From a virus (lineage: Duplodnaviria > Caudoviricetes): DNA of 53,828 nt. The translations under genes and the position numbers were made by a program. The stretch's first letter is position 1, and every line of letters starts with the position of its first letter. The notes beneath the pieces are model-generated. The model made no database searches. It was not told the origin of the DNA and saw nothing but the letters and a program-made list of their open reading frames with translations. Shown in pieces: positions 39,249-47,649 of the stretch. The stretch lies in IMG/VR virus record IMGVR_UViG_3300021062_000019, positions 1 through 53,828 of that record; one strand, 5' to 3'.

Positions 39249-39934
39249 TGTTTTTCCTCCTTCTCTAGTTCTGCTTTTAGTTCTGCCAATAAACCGTTTT
39301 TATTGTCCTGGTAAATAACCTTAATAGAAGTAATGCCTTTAGCTAATGTGCCTAATCTATTGGCTTTCTTTTGATAATGGTCTGTTACTAGCTCTTTAGA
39401 TTCAGGCATAGTACGTGTACTGCCTATGGTTTGCTTAGCTATCTCTTGATAGTGCTGAGATAAGCCAGAGAAGCTTTTAATAAGAGCATCTAAGGTTGGT
39501 GTTATGCCGTAGTGACCAAGCATTGCTGAGATTATTTGTCCTAAGCTGAATGGATCATTGGCCTCTACTATGTCTTGGAAGTCACTACCATCAATAGCTA
39601 GGTCTTCTTCAAGAGCAAACGATAGCTTATAGGCAAGTACATTAAGATCTGCTGCTTCCTCATAGATAGCTTTTGAGTCTTCTCTCTTGCCGCTTTCCTG
39701 CATAGCATAAGCACACAGGCTAAGATCTTGACCTTCTGTTTTAACTACTTCGTGCAATGTTTCAGTCAGTTTGTGGAACCCAACTTCTAAACCTAAAACC
39801 TTTACAAAGGTTGGTAATCCTAACTGTTGAACCAGATTACCTATTGTTATTAATTGCTCACCAGTAGGATTGTTTAATGTAGTTTGAGCCATTCTGTTTT
39901 CCTCCTTCGAGAGTGCAACGGCTAGAGGTGCCAT
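39230..39934 (-). CDS. Hypothetical protein (true start probably MAQTTL)
   Basis: Long ORF; AAGGAGG precedes the second Met. Confidence 0.65.
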   Translation of the reverse strand: MAPLAVALSKEENRMAQTTLNNPTGEQLITIGNLVQQLGLPTFVKVLGLEVGFHKLTETLHEVVKTEGQDLSLCAYAMQESGKREDSKAIYEEAADLNVLAYKLSFALEEDLAIDGSDFQDIVEANDPFSLGQIISAMLGHYGITPTLDALIKSFSGLSQHYQEIAKQTIGSTRTMPESKELVTDHYQKKANRLGTLAKGITSIKVIYQDNKNGLLAELKAELEKEEKQCLSQN

Positions 39935-39945
39935 TGCCTATTTAA

Positions 39946-40018
39946 TGAAGCAACCTGAAGGATTTGAACCTTCACTGTTAACATGCCTGTTTGCGTCTAC
40001 CAGTTGCGCCAAGGTTGC
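39946..40018 (-). tRNA. tRNA-like RNA with a truncated anticodon arm (pseudo-tRNA or mimic)
   Basis: Acceptor GCAACCT/AGGTTGC; D arm GGCGCAACTGGTAGACGC; T arm GAAGG-TTCAAAT-CCTTC; the central arm is only AACA-GGCA-TGTT. Confidence 0.7.
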
Positions 40019-40273
40019 AAAATGCCTATCAAGCAGATAGGCCAATCCGTATAAACATACCGTTGTAAAAAACCAAAATATTATTTAAGGAAGCACTCCT
40101 TTCAATTGATTAAAATAACCTATTTGGGATAGGTAACTTGTTTTGGTTAAAGAGTTTGCACCAAATAAACTTGTTGAAAAACAAGCACCAACGCGGCTAG
40201 TAGTAAATGAATCCATGTAACAGGTTTTTGTCTGAAAAATAATTTTCTAGGAGAAACCGCCGCGTTGTACTTG

Positions 40274-40582
40274 CTATACTGATAAACCAATTAATCTTCT
40301 TATCTCAGCATCTTCAAGAGGCTGTTTTCCTGACTCAAAACGCGAAAGCGTAACTGCACTGTAGCCAATAACCGCGCAGAATTCTCTAAGGCTATAATCT
40401 TTACTGAGCCTATACTCTTTAATCTTTTTGCCTTCTTCTATCCAGTCGGCTTGTTCTTGTGTGATTTCACCGCTACCGCCACAAGTAAAACAGGTTAAAT
40501 GTTCCCAAGTATGAGGTTTATTCCCTCTGTTTACGTGACAAAAATTAGTTCCTTTGCCGTTACAATGTGGACAAGTAGACAT
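40274..40582 (-). CDS. DnaJ-type zinc finger fused to an XRE HTH
   Basis: CPHCNGKG and CFTCGGSG, then SLREFCAVIGYSAVTLSRFESG. Confidence 0.8.
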   Translation of the reverse strand: MSTCPHCNGKGTNFCHVNRGNKPHTWEHLTCFTCGGSGEITQEQADWIEEGKKIKEYRLSKDYSLREFCAVIGYSAVTLSRFESGKQPLEDAEIRRLIGLSV

Positions 40583-40604
40583 AATTACCTCTTCCGTGTT
40601 TGAT

Positions 40605-40629
40605 AAAAAGGGGAGTGCATTAACTCCCC
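40605..40629 (-). terminator. Intrinsic terminator in the leftward early transcript
   Basis: Minus strand GGGGAGT-TAATGC-ACTCCCC followed by TTTTT. Confidence 0.7.
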
Positions 40630-40875
40630 AACTCTAAGGAGGAAAAGGGTTTAGCTCCCTTTTCAGTTAACAAAAACGAGCCTGCCAGCGAATTAAAAAT
40701 ATTGTATTTTCAGAGTCTCGAGTGGCTGGCAAGGCTATAACCTTAAAAAGTGGTGGGATACCTACCGAGTTTATCCCACCTAAATTAGCATCTGTCTTAC
40801 TCACATAAGACTCTTTGGAAATCGGTAAATGCCGTAATAAACCTCAAGTGTTTTTAATAGAGAGGAAAGTTTTCC

Positions 40876-41868
40876 TCATTTAGTATTTTTCTCTAGGTAG
40901 GCAGATACATCAATGCCTGATAAGTGAAAACTTTCTTCCATCCTGGCTGTGAAAATTTTCTGTATTCGCCTTTTCTCGAAAAACGCATTCCAGCAAATAG
41001 CAACAGAGTTAACCACATCGAACCGAGTCAGGATCTTAGTTTTCCTACTAGCTTTCGTAGAAGTGCTTAACGCAGAGCTTAAAAGTAATTCTCTTAACAG
41101 TCTTGTTGGAGAATGTGTTTCTTTTATATCTCCCGTAGCAACTTCATACCAAAAGTTTTGTGCAACTTCTGGTTGGTGCTTAACAGTAATAAGACCCATA
41201 GCAAAACAAGGTACACTAAATAAGCGTTTCCCAAGACCAGTTCGCATTTTATTGGAAACAATAGAATTATATCGTTTTGCGTAGTGATACCACTCATCTA
41301 ATAAAGCAAGGGTGTTCATTCTAGAAAATTGATTTTTGTGCTTATTGGTGATTTCTAATCCTCTAGAAATAAAGTTAACTGCTGAACCTAGGTAGTTAAT
41401 GGTTTTATTTGACAAAGAATATTTTTCACTAAGAGAGTAGGCACTATACATATCTGCATAGCTTCTTATTACTGGAATATCAAAATGTGTATAAAGTTGG
41501 GCGATCTCGCCGTGATCGTCTACGTAGTATTTCTTTACTGGTAATCGCTGAGATTTACCTGAAACCCAAATAGCTTTTAAGGTGTGTTGGCCATTTATCA
41601 AATATTCTTTGTCGCCTACTACTGCAAAAGCTATAACTGTAGTAGGTTGAAAATTTCCCCTTTCCATTTCTGCAGCGAAAAACAACACTCTGTCTTTCTT
41701 CAAATCTCTTTGACCTTCATATTGACAGTAGGTGAGCCAGTAATCCGCAAGCTCTTTATCTATAAGCGTTTCATTTATTTCTGATGAGGATTGACCGATT
41801 ATTTGATTTTTAATAGTAGAGGTTTTTGTATCTACTATTGTCTTATGTTCGTTTGATGCTAATTGCAT
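40876..41868 (-). CDS. ParB/Srx-like (DGQHR-type) domain protein
   Basis: QRDL...FAAEMERGNF...LINGQHTLKAI...D...RS pattern. Confidence 0.7.
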   Translation of the reverse strand: MQLASNEHKTIVDTKTSTIKNQIIGQSSSEINETLIDKELADYWLTYCQYEGQRDLKKDRVLFFAAEMERGNFQPTTVIAFAVVGDKEYLINGQHTLKAIWVSGKSQRLPVKKYYVDDHGEIAQLYTHFDIPVIRSYADMYSAYSLSEKYSLSNKTINYLGSAVNFISRGLEITNKHKNQFSRMNTLALLDEWYHYAKRYNSIVSNKMRTGLGKRLFSVPCFAMGLITVKHQPEVAQNFWYEVATGDIKETHSPTRLLRELLLSSALSTSTKASRKTKILTRFDVVNSVAICWNAFFEKRRIQKIFTARMEESFHLSGIDVSAYLEKNTK

Positions 41869-42007
41869 ATTTTGCTCCTTTTTGAATTAATATAAGTTCT
41901 ATCACGTAAGCGATAAAACATTACAATATAAGATCTTATGAGTATGATCATTGAATTATTTTTATTTGATTTTTGAATGGTATTACTAAAGGAAAGTAAC
42001 CCTAACA

Positions 42008-42685
42008 CTAAGCTGCCCTACATTCCGCGTAAGGTGTTAAGCGACCACGCGCCCACCTTGGAACAATCAGAATATACTTGCCGTTTGAGCCGTTTGGCTT
42101 AGCTGTTGAACTAATACCTAGATCCTTCAACCAGCCAACAGCAGAGAAAGCAGCTAATCTACTACCTGTAAATAACCAGTAAGGATCATCACGATCACTA
42201 TTTTTAAGTTTCATTTCTGGAATTTCTAACGTAGTAAAATCCTCTGGCTGTTGTTGCTCCTGCTCAATCTCTGCAACTAACTGATCTAACCAATCGCCTT
42301 TGGTGCAATCGCTAAGCATTTGGGCGTGTAGTCTGTAGGCAGGATCTTGGCTTGCTTGTCCTTCTGCAATTTGTTGGTCAATTAGGTCAGCTTGAGGCTC
42401 AGCTATGGTTTGCTCTTGGTTGATATCTTCCTGGGCTTCTAATTGCAAAGCAGGGGTATTTTCTACAAGGACTAGATAACCATCTCGCTCAATCACTTCG
42501 CCAGACTCAAACAAACCATAAGTTGAGCCATAGACCATTGACACTTCGCAAGCATCAATGCGACCACGGCGTTTAATGTCGGCCACGATCTCGCGTATAT
42601 CACGAGCAGATAATTTGGAATCGTTGTAGTAGGAAAGGCTAAGGCTGTTAGCTACGGTTGTTTGATTGGTGTTAAGTGCTGACAT
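42008..42685 (-). CDS. Hypothetical early protein, paralog of 38337..38930
   Basis: SD GAGG; first gene after a promoter-like sequence. Confidence 0.7.
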   Translation of the reverse strand: MSALNTNQTTVANSLSLSYYNDSKLSARDIREIVADIKRRGRIDACEVSMVYGSTYGLFESGEVIERDGYLVLVENTPALQLEAQEDINQEQTIAEPQADLIDQQIAEGQASQDPAYRLHAQMLSDCTKGDWLDQLVAEIEQEQQQPEDFTTLEIPEMKLKNSDRDDPYWLFTGSRLAAFSAVGWLKDLGISSTAKPNGSNGKYILIVPRWARGRLTPYAECRAA

Positions 42686-42722
42686 ATGCTTACCTCAGAG
42701 AGAAGTATTAATTGATATGTCA

Positions 42723-42769
42723 GATTATCCCACATTATTGTGTGGGTAGTCAATACAAAAACCACACAG
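42723..42769 (-). promoter_or_regulatory. Leftward early promoter with an overlapping operator-like palindrome
   Basis: Minus strand TTGACT-18 nt-GATAAT; the spacer region holds CCCACA-TTATTG-TGTGGG (42729-42746); CCACACAG at 42762. Confidence 0.6.
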
Positions 42770-42801
42770 GCAGGAAATATTTTTCTGATAAAATAGGGAC
42801 T

Positions 42802-43077
42802 TTAGTCTTGACGCAACACACTATCGTGTGTATTCTTTTTCTCTATAGGAATTGCAAATTTGCCCAGCAATTCTTCTCGTAGAAGAAAAAGTTTGGCGAT
42901 AAACTCGCCACCAGGGTCTTTTAATCCAGCTTCCCAATCTTGGATGCTCCTAACACTACAAGCTAATCTTTGTGCTAGTTCAGCTTGGGTATAGCCAGCT
43001 AAAGACCTAGTGTTCTTAACTAAAGTCTGTAAATTAACTTTTGGTAATTCTTCTAACATTTTTTCTTGTTTGCTCAT
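42802..43077 (-). CDS. XRE-family HTH repressor candidate, probably leaderless
   Basis: YTQAELAQRLACSVRSIQDWEAG...P; TATAAT ends 6 nt before the ATG at 43077. The ORF track extends to 43113. Confidence 0.8.
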   Translation of the reverse strand: MSKQEKMLEELPKVNLQTLVKNTRSLAGYTQAELAQRLACSVRSIQDWEAGLKDPGGEFIAKLFLLREELLGKFAIPIEKKNTHDSVLRQD

Positions 43078-43329
43078 ACCGCAATTATATGTGGTCTGTG
43101 TGGCAAATTCCATATTGTTTTCTTTCCTTTATGGACGGCCTAGGATAACTATGTCCTACGCCAAGGTGTTAACAATTAAACTAAGTCTCCTGGCGAGCAG
43201 AAGATTGTTTGAAAATTTAATATTTCCTACCTACCTAACAATTTTTCACTAGATATCTTTTACTTAATCTGGTAGTTTAAACGCCATCTTTTTTACTTAA
43301 CCTAACCAACCTAAAGAGGAAAACTACCT

Positions 43330-43947
43330 ATGAGAGTAATACTGTCTATAGCATTAGTGCTATCTTTTTGCTTACTATCATTTGCTCAAGACCAACAACA
43401 GCAACCACCGCCTAAAAAGAAAACCGTAACCCTTGATATGAACGATTTTAAGGCAGCACCGAAAGAGGAAGATCCGCCAGCAGAGGAAACGAAAGAAACG
43501 GACGACAAAGATAAAGGAGGTGATAAGGAAAAAACGGTCAAAGACCAACCCTTAGCCGAAGCAGAAGCCGCTTTACTAGCTCATAAATCCTTTGTTAGTA
43601 CTGTAGGCGGTCAAACGCTCTCTACCTTTATAAACCATAGAAATAATACGCTAAAAGACGATCAAAAATTTTTACTACGAGAAAAACTTCCTAGAGATTT
43701 AGCGGATGTACAAGAACGGCTGAAAAAAGCTCGGTCACTTTGGGATGAATATTTCACCCTCTGGGGCAAGGAAATAAATGCTGACGTTAATAAAAATTAC
43801 ATACTTCAAGCAGAGTATTTAGACAAAATGAAATCGTGCGAAACCCAGGTAAAAAATAATATCGAATTATCTGAAGGTGCAATTAAGCAATACAAGGATA
43901 AGAAGAAAAAAGAAAAGGAATCCAAAGAATCTAACGAAACTAAATAG
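43330..43947 (+). CDS. Secreted protein (candidate lysogenic conversion or exclusion factor)
   Basis: Signal peptide MRVILSIALVLSFCLLSFA/Q; divergent from the repressor candidate; has its own terminator. Confidence 0.75.
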   Translation: MRVILSIALVLSFCLLSFAQDQQQQPPPKKKTVTLDMNDFKAAPKEEDPPAEETKETDDKDKGGDKEKTVKDQPLAEAEAALLAHKSFVSTVGGQTLSTFINHRNNTLKDDQKFLLREKLPRDLADVQERLKKARSLWDEYFTLWGKEINADVNKNYILQAEYLDKMKSCETQVKNNIELSEGAIKQYKDKKKKEKESKESNETK

Positions 43948-43960
43948 TTAGTTCTGACTT

Positions 43961-43987
43961 AAAGGGAGTGGTTCGCTGCTCCCTTTT
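43961..43987. terminator. Bidirectional terminator
   Basis: AAAGGGAG-TGGTTCGCTG-CTCCCTTTT between convergent genes. Confidence 0.7.
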
Positions 43988-43995
43988 CAAAAACC

Positions 43996-44295
43996 TCATA
44001 TAGTAGTAGGAATGTAGAGCCAACCAACTACTTCCTTAGTGCCAAAGTAAGCGAGTTTGCGCTTCCTTGATTTCCTTTTGGCGTGTGGATTGCCTTTGAT
44101 TTCAGTAGCGAAATAATGCGAGTACTCACTAGAAAGCCAGCCTATAAAAGGATCTCCGCTGGTAGTCACAAAAACAAGCAGCTTATTTTTCTCTGGCAGT
44201 TCTTCTGATACTTTAACCCAAGGACTTTCTTCGCTCATACTCATCCTTTCACGCCATCTTACTAGCTTTATAATCGGCTTCTTCATCGGCATCAA
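43996..44295 (-). CDS. DUF551-like phage protein
   Basis: WVKVSEELP...VVGWLYIP. Confidence 0.65.
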   Translation of the reverse strand: MMPMKKPIIKLVRWRERMSMSEESPWVKVSEELPEKNKLLVFVTTSGDPFIGWLSSEYSHYFATEIKGNPHAKRKSRKRKLAYFGTKEVVGWLYIPTTI

Positions 44296-44467
44296 TACTA
44301 CTCATTGTTAGCTTTACATAATCAGGAATAGGCTTTTTACCGTTTTCCCAATCAGAAACCTCAGCAGCATTGACCTTGATAATTTTTGCCCACTCTCGTA
44401 ATGATAAATCGTGTTGCTCTCGCCACTCTCTATGCTGTTTGCCTTGCTCTATTAAATCGCTCATCAC
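44249..44467 (-). CDS. Small XRE HTH protein
   Basis: LSLREWAKIIKVNAAEVSDWENGKKPIP. Confidence 0.8.
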   Translation of the reverse strand: MMSDLIEQGKQHREWREQHDLSLREWAKIIKVNAAEVSDWENGKKPIPDYVKLTMSSIDADEEADYKASKMA

Positions 44468-44498
44468 TAGTTCCTTTCAATCGTGGGGTGTTTCCCAC

Positions 44499-44885
44499 CT
44501 ATTCCTTGAGCTTGTAGCCAAAACCTGCAAGTCTTTCTTTAATCTCAGCCAATGATTTTCTGCCAGCATTCTTAAAAGCTAGATAATCAGCTTCGGTCAA
44601 GTTGAGCAGGTCGCCCAAGGTTCTGATACCGTTTTCCATTAATCTACTAAAAGCCTTCTCAGATAAACCTAACTGGTATATATAAGTTTCTCTCCCAGGC
44701 TTAAACCCTGCTTTAACATCTAGAGTATTAAGTCTATCTTTGAATTCTAGGAGCAGATTTTTATACTCCTGCTTATGCTCCCAAACATCCGACTCTGCTT
44801 CTATCTTGGTTTGCAATACTTCAATGGTTGCCGTTAGTTCGCCTAAAGCGAATGGTATTGCTCGACTTACTGCTATCTTGCTCAT
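44499..44885 (-). CDS. RNA polymerase alpha subunit C-terminal domain homologue with an N-terminal coiled coil
   Basis: IYQLGLSEKAFSRL...GIRTLGDLL..TEADYL.FKNAGRKSLAEIKERL..FG matches the alpha-CTD pattern. Confidence 0.88.
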   Translation of the reverse strand: MSKIAVSRAIPFALGELTATIEVLQTKIEAESDVWEHKQEYKNLLLEFKDRLNTLDVKAGFKPGRETYIYQLGLSEKAFSRLMENGIRTLGDLLNLTEADYLAFKNAGRKSLAEIKERLAGFGYKLKE

Positions 44886-45298
44886 TAGTATCTCCTCCTG
44901 CTCCTTTTACATTTCACAAAGTATCTATTACTTGCTCCTACTCGCTTGCAATGCTGGAGCTGCTGTTGTGCGTGGTGATTCGCCAATTGCCTTTGCTCGC
45001 TTAGCACTACCTTTCTAGGTATTGGTTCGGATGGTAACAAGGACTTAAAAGCCTTAATGGATTCTTCACAAACCTTATGGACAGCCTGAGCAAATTCATC
45101 TACCCAGCTAATCAATGTGTAATCTGGCTCTGCATCGACGAGTTCTAATAGCTCAGCAAAGGTGTTAGGCACTACTAGGTTATAGTTTTGGAATACTATT
45201 TTTGCATCGCCACAGTAGTTACCTTGAGTCGGAACTGGGTTTTGCTCTGGCAGTGCTAGTTGTCCCTGAAAGTAGAAGATTTTTATTAAGTCGCTCAT
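44885..45298 (-). CDS. Hypothetical protein
   Basis: Coupled ORF in the leftward operon. Confidence 0.6.
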   Translation of the reverse strand: MSDLIKIFYFQGQLALPEQNPVPTQGNYCGDAKIVFQNYNLVVPNTFAELLELVDAEPDYTLISWVDEFAQAVHKVCEESIKAFKSLLPSEPIPRKVVLSEQRQLANHHAQQQLQHCKRVGASNRYFVKCKRSRRRY

Positions 45299-45537
45299 AA
45301 ACTCCTACTCTCCATCAAGATTTGTTCTACTCTCCACGCTTTGCTATAGCAGCTACCACACAGGTGCTTTGTCCTTCGTGGTCTATCGCTATGCTCACAG
45401 CTTGCCCATTTATCAGGCAGGTCAATCTTTCTGTTCTTACTCCTTCTGCTGCTAGTTAGGCAGGGAGTGCAAGTTTTCCTTCTGAGCAAGAAGCTACTGA
45501 GAGGCTTAGCAATGTTGCACTTAATACAGATTTTCAT
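45295..45537 (-). CDS. Small Cys-rich zinc-binding protein
   Basis: CIKC...F...CTPC...C.H...CGSCY. Confidence 0.65.
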   Translation of the reverse strand: MKICIKCNIAKPLSSFLLRRKTCTPCLTSSRRSKNRKIDLPDKWASCEHSDRPRRTKHLCGSCYSKAWRVEQILMESRSL

Positions 45538-45564
45538 AGAACTATCCTCGTGATTCGTGATTAG

Positions 45565-45861
45565 CTATTCACTATCTACTTCTCGAATAGCCACAATACT
45601 TAAAACAATCTTTTCCATTACCTCCTGCAACTCTTCTCTGGTGTAGGTTATCCCTCTCCTCCTCCCTTGGAATTCCAAGTAATCATTGCTCAATGTTGGA
45701 AGGAAAATCTTTCCAGGTTGCAGACTATCTATGACTAATATTTCAAGTGGAGAAGTATGGAGTTGTTTAAGTAGGCTTTTTAACTCATTCAAGCACTGTT
45801 GGTCATACTCCTTGATAGCGCGACGGGTAGCTTTGTTGTGCTTCATTGCTATACCTACCAT
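45565..45861 (-). CDS. Hypothetical protein
   Basis: First ORF of a leftward unit. Confidence 0.55.
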   Translation of the reverse strand: MVGIAMKHNKATRRAIKEYDQQCLNELKSLLKQLHTSPLEILVIDSLQPGKIFLPTLSNDYLEFQGRRRGITYTREELQEVMEKIVLSIVAIREVDSE

Positions 45862-45916
45862 TAAGTAATTTAATTTAAAAAAAGTTATTAATTTTCTGGT
45901 AAAAGTTTTTGCCTCG

Positions 45917-46422
45917 TGTAATTTTTTGAAAGAAAAATACGTCCTATGTTTATAGGGGTGTCTGTGAAGTCAGAATTATAATTGTGCTTTATTGTTGTTT
46001 GACAAAAATTAAATTAAGGGAGAGTAAGTAGTCTGATTAGTCAGAAAAATTATTTCTTAGTCTGAGGCCAATACTTGAATTTAGGCTCTATTCGAATCCC
46101 TTTATCTACTTCAAGTCGCTTGATATAAATGAACAATTTGGCTACAGATTGACCGTCTGGCTCTGTGTCGCCATTTCTCCACTGATAATAAGTTTTCAGG
46201 TTGAAACCAAGTAACGCAGCTAATTCTTTAGGTTTTAGTCCGGTTTCTTTCTCGATGTCGTTCACTAGAGCTTTTAGGTCAACCTCCCAAGGAGAGTCAA
46301 CCATTCGCGCATAATAACTAAGCAACGGATTTCATGCTAGGCGGAATGGAAGATAAATTTTTATGAAAAATTTCCGGGTTATGTAATTTTTTAAGCAAAA
46401 AATCCGTCTCATGTTATTAGGG
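45917..46422. repeat. Imperfect 41-bp direct repeat flanking the second XRE gene
   Basis: 45917-45957 versus 46382-46422: 32 of 41 positions identical without gaps. Confidence 0.7.
46050..46325 (-). CDS. XRE-family HTH regulator
   Basis: LKPKELAALLGFNLKTYYQWRNGDTEP. Confidence 0.8.
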   Translation of the reverse strand: MLSYYARMVDSPWEVDLKALVNDIEKETGLKPKELAALLGFNLKTYYQWRNGDTEPDGQSVAKLFIYIKRLEVDKGIRIEPKFKYWPQTKK

Positions 46423-46525
46423 AGTATTTTTTCCTAGTAGCCTAGCCGTAGAGAATACTAAGCTATTAGGTTACGATTGCTTCCCTAATATCACGAAGGA
46501 AAGCAGAGGAAAATCACGAATCAGT

Positions 46526-46990
46526 ATGTTTATTTTATTGTTGGACGCGCACGGCGTTTTCTTAGCAGCCGTTTTCTTGTTTATTCTTATAGGCTTACCA
46601 GGGCTTGCCGTAGTTTATTTTATTGTCAGGCACCAATCAGAACAACAAAGATTGAAGGATGCCGAACTCGAACGGCAACGACAACATCAACAAAGATTAC
46701 TTGAGCGACAAAGGCAAGAAGAAGCTAGAAAACAGTACTTGTTTAATAAGTACAACAATCCTGCACTAGTCGAAAGAATTTTAAGCCGCGATATTCGCCA
46801 AGGAGACTCTAAGGATATCGTTACAGATGCTTTGGGTACTCCTGCTTCTATTGATACTGACGTACTTAAAACCAAAACAAAAGAAGTTTGGAAATATAGA
46901 AAGGGTAATGAAAAGAGAGTCAACCAGCACAACATTATAGTTAAGTTTGAAAACAGCGTAGTTGTTGGCTGGGAAGATAAAAACGAATAG
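46526..46990 (+). CDS. Membrane-anchored protein with a SmpA/OmlA(BamE)-like C-terminal domain
   Basis: N-terminal TM helix and coiled coil, then IRQGDSKDIVTDALGTP...EVWKY...VKFENSVVVGW. Confidence 0.7.
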   Translation: MFILLLDAHGVFLAAVFLFILIGLPGLAVVYFIVRHQSEQQRLKDAELERQRQHQQRLLERQRQEEARKQYLFNKYNNPALVERILSRDIRQGDSKDIVTDALGTPASIDTDVLKTKTKEVWKYRKGNEKRVNQHNIIVKFENSVVVGWEDKNE

Positions 46991-47093
46991 GGAAATATTT
47001 AGTTGTCAAATTTTCTGTTCGTCGCAAGGACTCATCAGCAGGCTAGCGAGGATCAATCGCTAGAAGCTGGAAAAAACCTGATTTTGAAACAGC

Positions 47094-47124
47094 AATCTAG
47101 CTATAAGTAAGCGGCTAGATTTTT
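47094..47124 (+). terminator. Intrinsic terminator
   Basis: AATCTAGC-12 nt-GCTAGATT followed by TTT. Confidence 0.6.
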
Positions 47125-47304
47125 CGGCGTTGGATAAACGCATTAAATAAATTTACTAGATAAAAGTTGTTATAAAAAATTGTTGTTTGAAAATCAAATA
47201 TCTGTTTAACGAGCATCCATTGTTATTAAGTTATTTAACTATAGGTTATAATCCTTCCGCTGTTAACCGCAGCATATTTCAACGAAAGGACATAACCTAA
47301 TTTT

Positions 47305-47649
47305 ATGACAGATTCAAATAACGTAACTCAAGAAGAAGTTTTGGAAATGGTTCTAGACGTTTTCGCTTATTCAGCTTTAGCAATTAAAGAAAACAAAGAA
47401 CCTTTGAAAACTCAGCCAATAGAAATTACTTCTAGCGGTTCAGGAGAAGAAAAGCAGTATTGTGTTCACCTGAAAAAACCTAAAGTTGAAAAAGGTGTTT
47501 TAGTCTTTGCAGCTAATGTTAGTCCTGCTTCTACTAAATACCTCGCTTTTCGTAAAGGTAAATGGGTAAAAAACTTAAAACAAGCTATAGATAAATTCAA
47601 AGAATCCTATTGCACTGATATAGACGATTCAGAATATTTTTCTAGTTAG
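47305..47649 (+). CDS. Hypothetical protein
   Basis: 114-aa ORF with AAGGA upstream. Confidence 0.6.
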   Translation: MTDSNNVTQEEVLEMVLDVFAYSALAIKENKEPLKTQPIEITSSGSGEEKQYCVHLKKPKVEKGVLVFAANVSPASTKYLAFRKGKWVKNLKQAIDKFKESYCTDIDDSEYFSS

